A stretch of DNA of 64,000 bases from the NCBI GenBank assembly GCA_000146465.1, contig CP001952.1. One strand, 5' to 3'. Below, piece after piece: positions 31,111 to 41,445 of this stretch. The notes under the pieces are model-generated. The model was not told the origin of the DNA. It searched no databases and worked only from the letters and a program-made list of their open reading frames with translations. Positions within the stretch are counted from its first letter, which is position 1, and the number at the start of each line of letters is the position of its first letter. The position numbers and the translations under genes are program-made.

Positions 31111-31635
31111 TTATTTCTTCTCTTTGTAAAGATACTTCTTTAAAAAGCTTCCAATCATTGTGTTTGAAGACGCTTTCCCTCTAACAAATAAGACCTCATC
31201 ATTTGCACTTAAGCTTAGGAAAAAACAAAATGGAGTTGTCCAGACTAGTGCAAAATAGAGGATTATTTCTGCTCCGTAGATAGAGGGATTAGAAAAAATC
31301 AACCTTATGACAAGGAAATGGTTGAGAAGAGAGGCAATTGTTCCATATATGAAGTATGGATTGTCTAACTTCACAAGAGGATAGATATCCAGGAGACAAT
31401 AAAATGCATATTGTATCGACAGACTGAAAAGAATTTGAAAAATGGAGACGCCTCTCAGTAAAAGAATGAAGTGAAGCCCCGCTGATATCTGTATAATTGT
31501 CTCTATGTGCTTCTTTGCAGCGTATGCTTTATCTTCGATGTAATCTATGGCCTTTACAATACCTATTCCAAGCCCTATGAGGCCTCCTACCGACCCAAGA
31601 ATCAGGAACAAACTTTTCAGAAAGACCAAGAGCAT
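31111..31635 (-). CDS. Hypothetical multi-pass membrane protein
   Basis: Listed ORF start 31713 is TTG and the first ATG is at 31635 (MLLVFLKSLFLILGSVGGLIGLGIG...). Several TM segments. Confidence 0.45.
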   Translation of the reverse strand: MLLVFLKSLFLILGSVGGLIGLGIGIVKAIDYIEDKAYAAKKHIETIIQISAGLHFILLLRGVSIFQILFSLSIQYAFYCLLDIYPLVKLDNPYFIYGTIASLLNHFLVIRLIFSNPSIYGAEIILYFALVWTTPFCFFLSLSANDEVLFVRGKASSNTMIGSFLKKYLYKEKK

Positions 31636-31830
31636 TTGATGGGGATGTTTTTGTAGAAATATAAGAGTTACGAGCTCTTTGTGATACAAGACAAATCCAA
31701 TTGAAAGTTCCAAAACACCATACGATACAATGCTTCAAATCAACCGGCCAAACAACAGTTTGGATTTACTAAAACCTTAAAGGAGGAACATCCGATCTTG
31801 CAGAGGAGATATTTGTTTAATCATGTAATA

Positions 31831-32310
31831 CTAAAAGTTAGCAGGCAAATTCCTTCCAATGAATGTTACATCTTCAATGACTTTCTTATCCTCTTGACTC
31901 TGGATTTCCAATCTGGGGTCATCGTAATTTATAGACGACTCCATTATCTTCATTTGATTTTCAAGCACGCCTTTTAGAAATTGATCAAATTCTTTCCTGC
32001 CATTTCCTTCGATGAGTCTCCTCAGGCGCTCGACTGCTCCGATACTTACACACATATCCACCTCCATGGCCAGTCTGATGCAAGGATCCGAGAGTTCTAA
32101 AGACGTCACGGTTTCAATAGTAGTATAAAAAGTCTTTTTGGAGCCTGTAGACAGATAATAAAGGAGCATATATGCCTTTATAAGAGCGCTGTTGTCTGTA
32201 GAAGGGCTACAGGAAAGATAGGGCCCAAAATACATCTCTACCATTTCCGGATCCCCCTTCTTTATCCCAGTTAGACAGAGTGATTCTACTTCATTCAATT
32301 GTTTATTCAT
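31831..32310 (-). CDS. Small PCI-domain-like protein (Rpn12/CSN8-like?)
   Basis: 159-aa helical protein. YMLLYYLSTGS...IRLAMEVDMCVSIGAVERLRRLI resembles a PCI/winged-helix arrangement. Tentative. Confidence 0.35.
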   Translation of the reverse strand: MNKQLNEVESLCLTGIKKGDPEMVEMYFGPYLSCSPSTDNSALIKAYMLLYYLSTGSKKTFYTTIETVTSLELSDPCIRLAMEVDMCVSIGAVERLRRLIEGNGRKEFDQFLKGVLENQMKIMESSINYDDPRLEIQSQEDKKVIEDVTFIGRNLPANF

Positions 32311-32428
32311 CCAAAAGCCCTCCTTATGAATTTTATTTCAAATAAAGCTAAATAGGATTTTAAGAGGCTTCTTTTAGATGATTCGAAGTAGTTCGGGCCC
32401 ACAAAACCCTTGGTATTCCGCTGTGGTA

Positions 32429-32501
32429 GTGACATTGGCGCAATAGGTAGCGCGCTGGTCTCATAATCCAGAGGTTGCGAGTTCGAGTCTCGCATGTCGC
32501 A
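32429..32501 (+). tRNA. tRNA-Met (anticodon CAU), elongator type
   Basis: GTGACATTGGCGCAATAGGTAGCGCGCTGGTCTCATAATCCAGAGGTTGCGAGTTCGAGTCTCGCATGTCGCA. Acceptor stem with G1:C72 and one G·U pair, D arm GCGC/GCGC, anticodon loop CTCATAA, T-arm GCGAG-TTCGAGT-CTCGC. A U:U pair is predicted at 31:39. Coordinates ±2 nt. Confidence 0.85.
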
Positions 32502-32542
32502 TTTTAAACTTGCAAGCAGCTTTATACTTTATTAGCTTGGTC

Positions 32543-33226
32543 TTATGCAGTTCGGAATGTATTTCCTTCTCTACCTATAAATCTCTTTCTCAGGAGAAGA
32601 TCAACAAATATGTTTATCTTTTCTCTTGGGATTGTAGAAATCTCATTGTAAATCTCCTCCAACGTGATTGGGGCCCTCGAGATAATCTCGTACACTAGAA
32701 AAAGACCCTCTTCGTTCCTGAACAATGGAGGAAGCATGCCAGGATTAAACGGAAATATGTTATCAGATGACTCTGTCTCTTCGTAGGACTCAAAGGCTTT
32801 TTCTTCTACTATTTTGACAAAGCTTGATGATTCGTTTTCAGCGTTACTTGTGTGGAACCTTGCCGAAAGATCTCCGAGAAACGTCTTGTTTAACATCTCC
32901 GACGAGGTACTGTCAACAAATGGATTTCTTGGAGATGAAAGCTTCATCGATATTGGACTTCCTTCGGTAACACATATGTTTTGGAAGCTGGGCTCTTCCA
33001 CCAATCTTGGCTCATTTTCTGTGGTTAGTAACTCGCTTTCTTCGCTTTCGGATGATTCAACTGAAAAAAACCTTATCCATGGACTTAGGCCTTCGCTTAT
33101 TTTTCGGTTGTTCTTACCTATGCTTTCAATAGACCCTCGTATGTTTCTCAATGTTCTGTTGATGGAAGAAAACGTATTGTCTATCTCTTCTATTGTGCGG
33201 ATTATTTCCTCTTCAATCTCAATCAT
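32543..33226 (-). CDS. Hypothetical acidic protein with C-terminal winged-helix-like segment
   Basis: 227-aa ORF from an ATG with a Ser/Glu-rich middle and C-terminal LFLVYEIISRAPITLEEIYNEISTIPREKINIFVDLLLRKRFI. Confidence 0.4.
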   Translation of the reverse strand: MIEIEEEIIRTIEEIDNTFSSINRTLRNIRGSIESIGKNNRKISEGLSPWIRFFSVESSESEESELLTTENEPRLVEEPSFQNICVTEGSPISMKLSSPRNPFVDSTSSEMLNKTFLGDLSARFHTSNAENESSSFVKIVEEKAFESYEETESSDNIFPFNPGMLPPLFRNEEGLFLVYEIISRAPITLEEIYNEISTIPREKINIFVDLLLRKRFIGREGNTFRTA

Positions 33227-33456
33227 CAGGGTGGAATTGCAGAAAGGAAATTAGAATCGAATCAAGCATAACAAAGGCCTGGCCCGATTAACAAATAATG
33301 TCTTGTGTTTCAAAAAAAAGTGAGTTTTTATAGATGGCAAGCTCCAAACTGTTTTGCTGCTTTCCAATAGTTCCTTTTAATTGAGGATAATAAGTGCTAC
33401 AAGCTTCACTCTTCTAGGATTTTATACACAAATGCTTTTGTTAGTAATTCCTGTAG

Positions 33457-35223
33457 ATGGATACGCTTCACTCGTTCTTTGGGAAAAAGATGTCGCGAGA
33501 AGCCGACAGAGTACTTTTAGGAGTGGGAAGAAAAAGAGACGAGAAGCTCGGGCTGAAGATGCACATGGAAAACTCGGCAAGAGATGTGAATTCCCTTGCA
33601 ATTTCTGCATTCTGCCATGAATTTGGAATAGGAACGGCTGTAGATATGAAGAAAGCTGAAATGAGATACAGCAAGGCGGCATTGAGCGACAATGGTCTCG
33701 CATTGATCAGACTAGCATTTATAAGGTGGTTTGGAAGACCTACAGCGACAATAGACAGGGAAGAGGCCAAAAAGATCCTTGACAAACTAAAACGCCTAGG
33801 TAGAAAGAGTGTGGAATGGCTCTTTTATGCAAATAAGTATGGAAATCCCTATGCCAAGTATTGTTTGGGTGTGTGCTACCAAGAGGGTTATGGTGTTCCA
33901 ATAGACCCATTGTTGGCTGTAAAGTATTACAGCGAAGGAGCTTATGAGGCGAACATTTGCTCAATAGGAATACTCGGATATTGTTTTCTAAAGGGCTTTG
34001 GAGTGGAAAGAAATGAGGAAATAGCCGTTGAGCTGTTCAGATATGCATCCGAAAAGAAAGACTCAACAGCCCTATATAACATAGGATTCTGTTATGAAGA
34101 AGGAAAGGGTGTGGTGAGAAATCTTGTTAAGGCCTTTGAGATGTATAGACTGTCGGCGAAGATGGAGAATTCATATGCTCAAAATGCACTAGGAAATTGT
34201 TATGAGGAAGGTAAAGGTGTTAACAAAGATCTTCACAAGGCTTTTGAGTTTTATAAAAAAAGTGCCTTACAAGGATACCCATCTGGCCAGTGCAACTTAG
34301 CATTCTGCTATCAAAAAGGAATTGGAATAAAAAAGGATTTGCAGAAAGCCTTCGAGTGGTATAAGAGAGCTGCAGCTCAAGGGCTCAGTAGAGCGAAACA
34401 TAACATCGGATATTGTTATCAGAATGGGCTGGGAACTCCTCCATGTATGTCCAAGGCTGTCCACTGGTATAAAGAATCTGCATCTGAAAATAACAAATAT
34501 TCAATACATGCACTAGGAGTCTGCTACCAACATGGGTATGGAGTGCCCAAGGACGAGAGATTGGCTGTGAGATACTTTGGAGAAGGTGCTAAGATGGGTT
34601 TTGATGAAGCAATTATAAGCCTTGCGCTATGTTACAGGTCTGGAACTGGAGTCCGGGTATCTCCGGAGAAGTCCTTTGGGCTTATAAAGAGGGCTGCGAA
34701 GATGAACAATTCTTCAGCTCAGAATACCTTGGGATATTATTATGAAGAGGGATACGGAACACCTAAAAATATAAAGGAAGCCATCAAGTGGTATGGAATG
34801 AGTGCTAAACAAGACAATTCGTGGGCATTGTTCAACTTAAGCAACTTATATTTTAATAGGAGTCGCTCTTCTACAGATAAAGAGGTTGGAATGCGGCTTC
34901 TGATTAAGTCAAGAGACTTGGGAAATCCCAAGGCAATGGACACCTTAGGATATTACTTTGAAAAAGGTATTGGGGTCGAAAAGAATCCAATGCTCGCTTT
35001 CGAGCATTACAATCAAGCACTACAGGGCGGATACTTGAAAGCCGGATATAACCTTGGAAGATGCTATGAGAGCGGTATTGGAACAGAAATTGATTTGGAC
35101 AAGGCTTTGTATTATTTCTACAAGGCATCGTCCGCCGGAGAAGAAACCTCCCTACAAAAGCTCAAAAAGATATTGTCTTCCTTGGTCGAGCCAAATCATA
35201 TGCTCATTCCTCCTTACGCCTGA
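33457..35223 (+). CDS. Sel1-repeat (TPR-like) protein
   Basis: At least 12 tandem ~36-aa Sel1 repeats, for example A.NALGNCYEEGKGV.KDL.KAFEFYKKSA.QG. Confidence 0.8.
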   Translation: MDTLHSFFGKKMSREADRVLLGVGRKRDEKLGLKMHMENSARDVNSLAISAFCHEFGIGTAVDMKKAEMRYSKAALSDNGLALIRLAFIRWFGRPTATIDREEAKKILDKLKRLGRKSVEWLFYANKYGNPYAKYCLGVCYQEGYGVPIDPLLAVKYYSEGAYEANICSIGILGYCFLKGFGVERNEEIAVELFRYASEKKDSTALYNIGFCYEEGKGVVRNLVKAFEMYRLSAKMENSYAQNALGNCYEEGKGVNKDLHKAFEFYKKSALQGYPSGQCNLAFCYQKGIGIKKDLQKAFEWYKRAAAQGLSRAKHNIGYCYQNGLGTPPCMSKAVHWYKESASENNKYSIHALGVCYQHGYGVPKDERLAVRYFGEGAKMGFDEAIISLALCYRSGTGVRVSPEKSFGLIKRAAKMNNSSAQNTLGYYYEEGYGTPKNIKEAIKWYGMSAKQDNSWALFNLSNLYFNRSRSSTDKEVGMRLLIKSRDLGNPKAMDTLGYYFEKGIGVEKNPMLAFEHYNQALQGGYLKAGYNLGRCYESGIGTEIDLDKALYYFYKASSAGEETSLQKLKKILSSLVEPNHMLIPPYA

Positions 35224-35235
35224 CCAAAGACAGAT

Positions 35236-35655
35236 TCACTTGAATTTGTTTTTATAGTTATGCCAGAAATTGATCCTATTTTTGAGCCTGTTTGGGATGA
35301 ACTTAGGATCTCCTCCTTTTGCATAGTCAACGTATATTAGATTTCCCCCGATACTGTGGTACTTCCCAGGGACATCATCTATATTTGCATTCTCCTCGAC
35401 TGACACAAAAGCATACCTTTTAAATACCTTTATATCTCTTATTGGGAATCTTTCACAAAAGGCCTCTTTCAGTGCTTCTTTTGCCGTCGCCCCAGCTATA
35501 AACAGCTCATTCTTCTTTCCTCGGGATTTCAGATGCTTTATGAACTTCGATATTCCCTCTACTCTTGGCAACTGCTTTTTCCTCCCCTGGGAGACAAAAG
35601 GTACTAAGGGTGATAGATGTTTGTCAAATGGTGCTTGTCTAATTAGATCCTTCAT
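35236..35655 (-). CDS. Small RRM-like RNA-binding protein
   Basis: ELFIAGATAKEALKEAFCERFPIRDIKVFKRYAFVSVEENAN...GNLIYVDYAKG has an RNP2/RNP1-like pattern. First ATG at 35655. Confidence 0.45.
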   Translation of the reverse strand: MKDLIRQAPFDKHLSPLVPFVSQGRKKQLPRVEGISKFIKHLKSRGKKNELFIAGATAKEALKEAFCERFPIRDIKVFKRYAFVSVEENANIDDVPGKYHSIGGNLIYVDYAKGGDPKFIPNRLKNRINFWHNYKNKFK

Positions 35656-35706
35656 CTTGTGCAGATTCAAGGGTTTTTTATTTGTGGGGAGAAATCGTCT
35701 GAGACT

Positions 35707-38700
35707 CTAGAAGGCAATGTTGTTTGTAATCTTTTGGTACTGGTCATACATCCAAGTTCTAAACTTCTGAGATGATTCCGCTATTAAAGACTGGACAAAT
35801 CTTCTTGCATTTTTGTCTGATAATTCAAGCCTGAATCTTAGAGCAAAATTCTCTACTGCGTTTTTCTTATAGCAAGGAAGCCTGCTATTGGAAAACGAAT
35901 CCACCATCATAACAAGGTCCTTGCTGTGCCTTCTCAAAGCCAAAAATCCCTTGACCATTAACTCTTGATAGATTTCAAAGCCCTTTCCAGATATTCCTCC
36001 AAGAAGCTCCTCGATCTCCTTTGTTAGCTTCAGAGGAGCTTCTATGTTGAGATTTCCTGGAGACATCTCCAATATATATCCAAAGTCAATGTGGATCATT
36101 CGGCCTTTGTCGTCAATCATTATATTTCCGTTATGTCTGTCTTTGATGTTAAGGAAGTAAACAACTAATGAATATCCGGCCAAGCTAGAAGCAAAGTTGC
36201 AAATGGCTGTAAGATACCCCTCACTTTCCTTGAAGCCGAATTTGTATTCAAAGTATTCTGATAGATTGTTGATGTTCTCTTTTCCTATCTGATCCCTTGA
36301 TTTTGAATTTGGAATCACCTCTATAATTCCCGTTCCCGGAGACGTAGCTATGACTCTGTATGGATAGAGAAATATGTCTAGATTTGCCTGCTTGAATATC
36401 GACTCAAACATAGAGATTATTTGAAGAGCTAGCATGTCCTGTCTACAATCATCTCCGGATTTGAATATTAGTTGTTTGATGTTTATCTGCCCGCCTGGAT
36501 CTTGAACCCTAAAGGATGCCATGAAGGGAACCTTGGCATGACTCTGAAGAGCTCTTGCAGACCCTCCCATGATTTCGACAATCTTGAGCTCAGGATAAAA
36601 TGGAATATAAACCCCTGGAGACAGCTTTATCTTTGAAAGATGTTCATTTATGCGTCTTCTCTTTTCATCCTTTGACGATCTGAGATGGGGAATAAGTTCT
36701 GATGAGATTTTGGTAAGGCTACTAATAAATTCTTCTTCCTTAAGCAGAATGTCTCGTTCTTCTTCTGTCATTTCCCCCATGATTTCTTCCATGCATCGTG
36801 TAAATATGTCGTGGCAGTCATCTCTCTCTGTTCTATCTGATCCATATAAGTTTGCTTTCAAGTTCCAAATCAGCTGATGGGCGACGTATTCATCCTTGGC
36901 CAGATCCTTCAATGTGGCAAGTGCCATCTCAGACACTTTTTTATGTCTTATCATTTGAACAAGCTGAGGAACATAGAAAAGCATCTCACCTCTAAAGTCC
37001 TTAAGCCTCTCAAAGGCTTTGGATACCAGAGACGGATCATCTATCCTTCTGATTATTGTGAGGCAGTCAATAATTCCAAGAGATTCCATGTTAAAGAAGT
37101 ATGATCTGTAGGATGGAGTGGAGGATCTTTCAAGTAGCTTTTGAACTATCTTTTGCTTAAATGTGTTCTGTATGTGTATAAGATCTGCTATATCGAATTT
37201 GGAGATTAGCTGGGTCCTCTCTGGGAACGAAAGATCGTCATTACAGGAGAAGTTTGAGACTGCAAAATAAAGTGCCCTGAAAAAGAATCTGTAAAACCCA
37301 TTTGTCTCCATAGATAGTTTATAGCATATAGCAGGATCAGTCTTGAAGTCCAGTCCTCTGTGCAGTGCATGCTTCAGGAATTCTTCGGAGTCGTTTTCCC
37401 TAATCGATAGGATGTTGTAGGCCTTCAGAAGAATGTAAAGATCCTCATATTCAAACATATTTCTAAGTCTAAGCTTTAGAAGATCCAGAACTATTCTTAT
37501 TATCGAGCTCTGGCTTCTTCTTGTGTATATCACATCAATAAGCCATGAAACAGATTTCTCTCTCTTTCTAATGCCTTCATCCAGCATTTCTATCTGTCCA
37601 TTCCGGGAGACCGAGTGCATGGGTGATGAGCTGTGTAACGAAATACTTCCCATCGAACTCTCCAGACTTACAACACTGTCATTGGTTCCCGTATGAATTA
37701 TATTATACATATCGTGCGATTTTTCTTCTTTAGAATTTAGTCCCTCTTCTTTTCCTCTAATTCCATATTTTCTCCTGTTTTCTTTCCATTGAATACTGGA
37801 CATAAATGATTTGGAGGACGTTTCTTCGGTGTTCTCTGCGCTATTCCATCCATGGTCTACCATGAAGATGTCTGGAAACTCTTCTACAACTCCCATTCTG
37901 GATAATGTGTGATTGTATAGGTCATTGAAAGATTTAAAATGGCCTTTGGGAAGCTCTCCGTCAAAAAAAGAAATATCCGCTAAGCAAAGAACAACGTAAT
38001 TGTAGAAGTTTGGTGCACATCTAATCTTCTCCAGCATTTGCCTGTATAATCTGCGGTATGAGTCGGTAACTTCTTCACTCAAAAATCTCTTACTTGTAAG
38101 AAGAACGAAAAGTTTCTGGAACCTTTGATGGATTTCTTTCATGAATATGATCTTTTCTTCTTTCTCGAAAATCTTTCTCAAGATAATCTCAATCATCATT
38201 AACGTTGTTTCAATTGTTTTCGGCTCTAGCGCGATGTTCAAAAGAGCATTTACATACGAAAATGTGAATTCATGGGATTTGTTTATGTATCCATTGTGGA
38301 TAAGCTCTATCACACTGATCAAGCCATCTCGGGCCATTCGAATTCCGTCTTCATCTTGTATATACTCTAGTATTCCTGTATAGTTCGAGTTGTATAGCTT
38401 TCTGGACTCACAGTAGTACACAATCCCTAGAAACACAAGCATCCGTGGCTCAACATTTCTAAGGTTCAGGCCTGCTGCTAATTGGTGTAAGTATTTTACA
38501 TTGTAGTAGATGCTTGAGGATATTCCAACTAGAGCCGGAGTCTTGAGAAGAAACAGGTCTACTTGCTCAATTGCTTCGTTTTCAAAAAGAAAGGAGTATA
38601 TCTCATACAAAACATAAAGCACTTCCCGCTTTGATGGAATGTACGGAACAAGAGGAAGAACACCAATCAGTTCTCTGTTCTTTGTGCTCAGGAAAAACTT

Positions 38701-39969
38701 AAGGAACTCCGAAACAAGCTTATCTACATGGGCCTTGCTATACCTCTTCTCTTGGGCCTTCTTGAACAGGATAGAGTAAAATTCCTTCATAAACCCAAAG
38801 TTAGATATCTCGTGCAGACTGTGTAGAGGAAAGTCAACTTCGTTGATAAGGATGAAGTTTGAATACAGTTCAATGGTTTCTGGATACTTCACAATGAACT
38901 TTAAAAAGATACTGTTGAAGTCCCCCATATCCTTATTTATCCTGAGCTTAGATAGGAAGCTCAAGAAGTTCCATATCATTAAGTCTGTGTTCTTTGACTC
39001 GGAGTCTCGAAGACTATGGAAAATCTTTCGGAATGTATCGGCTATACTTTTGGTCTTTTCAATTTTTCCGTCTTGCTCAACCGCTTCAATTAAAGTTCCA
39101 ATAAACTTATTTTTATAACTTGCATCCAGGTATGTAAAACAATTGGATGTAAACACCAAATATAGCAAGTCGTAAAGTGCACCATCCTCGTACAGACATA
39201 TATTTGCCATCTGGATATGTATTCTAAACATGTTTTTTCCTGAAATAGGGAGGTCTTCAATAATCGGAAACACCTCATTCACTCTTTTTGCCACCTGCCC
39301 AGTTACCAAGGCATCAATAGCCAGTGAAGCCTTGAATACAAAAGTCATATCATCCTCCAGGTCCTTTATCTCTCCAAGAAAAACAAAAGTCTTGTAAAAG
39401 TATTCCTTAGCGAAAGCAAATATGTTTTTTTTCTCTATCTTTCTTTTTTTCTCGATCTTATCTTCCATCACCATTACAATAAGCCTTAGCGATAAAAGTA
39501 AGAAATCCAACTTTATATTTACTATGTCTTCTTTCAGACTCCACGAAGCAATCTCATAAAGAAGACCACTGGTCATTTTCCCACATAATTTTTCAATAAA
39601 CATCTCATATTTGCTTGCCGGCTGTTCTCCTTGCTCAATCTTCCATATTGAGGCTTCAATAAAAGCATTTATAACCCCAGTCGAAGAAAGAGTCTCAGGC
39701 TCTACGATACTTATGTCTGCCATGATTTCTTTACTTACATACTCATTATCCAACATTCTGAGAAACATCACTATATACATTTCATAGAGCTTACTGCTGT
39801 ATTCCAAGCATGTACTAGAGTTCTTTAAAATTGCATATGCATTCAATCCAAATCCCTCTTCATATGCTTCCATCTCAGATAACTTCTTGATATCCTCAAG
39901 AGTCGTTTCTCTAACAAGAGGTATGTAAATATCTTCCGAGCTCCCTTTTATTATCACCTCTATCTTCAT
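35707..39969 (-). CDS. STT4: Phosphatidylinositol 4-kinase alpha (Stt4-type)
   Basis: C-terminal PI3/4-kinase catalytic domain (FKSGDDCRQDMLALQIISMFESIFK...YFLNIKDRHNGNIMIDDKGRMIHIDFGYILE) preceded by a long helical scaffold. Confidence 0.9.
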   Translation of the reverse strand: MKIEVIIKGSSEDIYIPLVRETTLEDIKKLSEMEAYEEGFGLNAYAILKNSSTCLEYSSKLYEMYIVMFLRMLDNEYVSKEIMADISIVEPETLSSTGVINAFIEASIWKIEQGEQPASKYEMFIEKLCGKMTSGLLYEIASWSLKEDIVNIKLDFLLLSLRLIVMVMEDKIEKKRKIEKKNIFAFAKEYFYKTFVFLGEIKDLEDDMTFVFKASLAIDALVTGQVAKRVNEVFPIIEDLPISGKNMFRIHIQMANICLYEDGALYDLLYLVFTSNCFTYLDASYKNKFIGTLIEAVEQDGKIEKTKSIADTFRKIFHSLRDSESKNTDLMIWNFLSFLSKLRINKDMGDFNSIFLKFIVKYPETIELYSNFILINEVDFPLHSLHEISNFGFMKEFYSILFKKAQEKRYSKAHVDKLVSEFLKFFLSTKNRELIGVLPLVPYIPSKREVLYVLYEIYSFLFENEAIEQVDLFLLKTPALVGISSSIYYNVKYLHQLAAGLNLRNVEPRMLVFLGIVYYCESRKLYNSNYTGILEYIQDEDGIRMARDGLISVIELIHNGYINKSHEFTFSYVNALLNIALEPKTIETTLMMIEIILRKIFEKEEKIIFMKEIHQRFQKLFVLLTSKRFLSEEVTDSYRRLYRQMLEKIRCAPNFYNYVVLCLADISFFDGELPKGHFKSFNDLYNHTLSRMGVVEEFPDIFMVDHGWNSAENTEETSSKSFMSSIQWKENRRKYGIRGKEEGLNSKEEKSHDMYNIIHTGTNDSVVSLESSMGSISLHSSSPMHSVSRNGQIEMLDEGIRKREKSVSWLIDVIYTRRSQSSIIRIVLDLLKLRLRNMFEYEDLYILLKAYNILSIRENDSEEFLKHALHRGLDFKTDPAICYKLSMETNGFYRFFFRALYFAVSNFSCNDDLSFPERTQLISKFDIADLIHIQNTFKQKIVQKLLERSSTPSYRSYFFNMESLGIIDCLTIIRRIDDPSLVSKAFERLKDFRGEMLFYVPQLVQMIRHKKVSEMALATLKDLAKDEYVAHQLIWNLKANLYGSDRTERDDCHDIFTRCMEEIMGEMTEEERDILLKEEEFISSLTKISSELIPHLRSSKDEKRRRINEHLSKIKLSPGVYIPFYPELKIVEIMGGSARALQSHAKVPFMASFRVQDPGGQINIKQLIFKSGDDCRQDMLALQIISMFESIFKQANLDIFLYPYRVIATSPGTGIIEVIPNSKSRDQIGKENINNLSEYFEYKFGFKESEGYLTAICNFASSLAGYSLVVYFLNIKDRHNGNIMIDDKGRMIHIDFGYILEMSPGNLNIEAPLKLTKEIEELLGGISGKGFEIYQELMVKGFLALRRHSKDLVMMVDSFSNSRLPCYKKNAVENFALRFRLELSDKNARRFVQSLIAESSQKFRTWMYDQYQKITNNIAF

Positions 39970-40137
39970 GCCAGGAATGTTTGTTGGGGTGTAAGGTATT
40001 TATGCTATATGATCTTAAGCCTAAGTCTAATCCCGTCATCCTTCTATAAGACCGATCCTATGGTTAATGTAGAGCTTATAAGGTAATAACAATCAAAGAA
40101 TGTGATTTATTTCCTTTCAAGTCCTGAAGTTCGACCT

Positions 40138-41337
40138 TTAATGCTCGTATTTAACATCTTCAAACCTATTGATCAGATCTTCTATCTTGTGTCTTCGGGT
40201 TTTTGACATTGTCATAAGATTTTCCTTTGTGATAATGCTGTCTATAGAGGCAAAAGGAGAAACATGTTTAGGTAACTCTTTTCCTACACAATAGTCCTCA
40301 GCAGAAAGTCTTCTTCTCTGGTTCAGACAATCAAACAGATACTGGGGCTGCACATATATTGTATTCTCCATAACTTCATCCACTCCTTCAGAGATGTGGA
40401 TGTCTGCCTTGCACGGGCTTTCCACCACATCTCCTCCACAACTTAAAGCAATGAGTCTTAAACTCCCTTCAATGGTTTTGCTTCCTATATAGAATTTTAC
40501 GTCTTGGAATATTCCCTTTCTGTTGTTATGGGACTCATACACCTTCTCTAGTTTGAAAAGAACCAACTTACAGTGCACCATAAGAAGAGGGACCGAATGA
40601 GACAAAAGAGAAATGTCTATCTTTCCAGGATCGTTGTAAATAATTTCCATCTCTTCAGACTCTGAATCTTCTTCCTCAGAAGACGATACAAAATCTAGGA
40701 AATTGGGTTCGCTCCACTCAAATTTACGGGGCAAATCTTTCTTCTCCTCCACTATGTCCTTCAACTCGGCACCTGGGTACGGAACAAACCAAACCACTCT
40801 TATCTTTCCTAGAGTTGTCTGGTTATAAACCCCTGCCTTGGACATATAGGAGCACTCAAGAAGAGACTTTCTTGCAATGAAATTCTCAAACATTCCAAGA
40901 GTTTCTGATATCCGATCGTCAAGACCCAGCATCCTCGCTAAATACAAATTACCAAGCGTATGATTTAGTTCATCAACTGCTTCTCCCAATCCTTTACATC
41001 TGCTTCTAATCAAATCTACATAGCCGTACTCCTCGTGACGGATATTTTCGATTTTGTATTCCAGTCCAGTTCCAAGATACTTTTTCTTTCTGTCCTCAAG
41101 CTTTCTATTCTTGATCAGTATCTTATAGACGTCGGAGTGGACAAGTTTATTAGCATCTGATATCCTGTAGTAGAATCCATCTCCCTGATCAACTTTCCTA
41201 TTGTTCTTCGGGATGTAGGGATGAACTTGGCACAATGCAACCAGCTTATCAAACTCCTTTTCCTGTAGATCTAGATTCTTCATGACCAATTCTTTTGAAA
41301 TGTATTTCTTTTGTGGCTTTATGTAATTGCTTCCCAT
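40138..41337 (-). CDS. NOP7: Pescadillo (Nop7) ribosome-biogenesis protein
   Basis: Pescadillo N-domain, BRCT domain (IFQDVKFYIGSKTIEGSLRLIALSCGGDV) and YVQPQYLFDCLNQRRRLSAEDY. Confidence 0.85.
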   Translation of the reverse strand: MGSNYIKPQKKYISKELVMKNLDLQEKEFDKLVALCQVHPYIPKNNRKVDQGDGFYYRISDANKLVHSDVYKILIKNRKLEDRKKKYLGTGLEYKIENIRHEEYGYVDLIRSRCKGLGEAVDELNHTLGNLYLARMLGLDDRISETLGMFENFIARKSLLECSYMSKAGVYNQTTLGKIRVVWFVPYPGAELKDIVEEKKDLPRKFEWSEPNFLDFVSSSEEEDSESEEMEIIYNDPGKIDISLLSHSVPLLMVHCKLVLFKLEKVYESHNNRKGIFQDVKFYIGSKTIEGSLRLIALSCGGDVVESPCKADIHISEGVDEVMENTIYVQPQYLFDCLNQRRRLSAEDYCVGKELPKHVSPFASIDSIITKENLMTMSKTRRHKIEDLINRFEDVKYEH

Positions 41338-41445
41338 TGAGGGAGGTAGTTTTTACTCCATCAGAAGAACAGTGGAATAATATTTCTTAGGCCGTTTCTA
41401 ATGGAAGTTCCATGGCCAATAAAATAGCAGGATCAAGCCCTAGGG

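Noticed and set aside
32307-32495. 62-aa ORF on the minus strand
   Set aside because: It overlaps the tRNA-Met gene almost completely and is an artefact of reading through a structural RNA.
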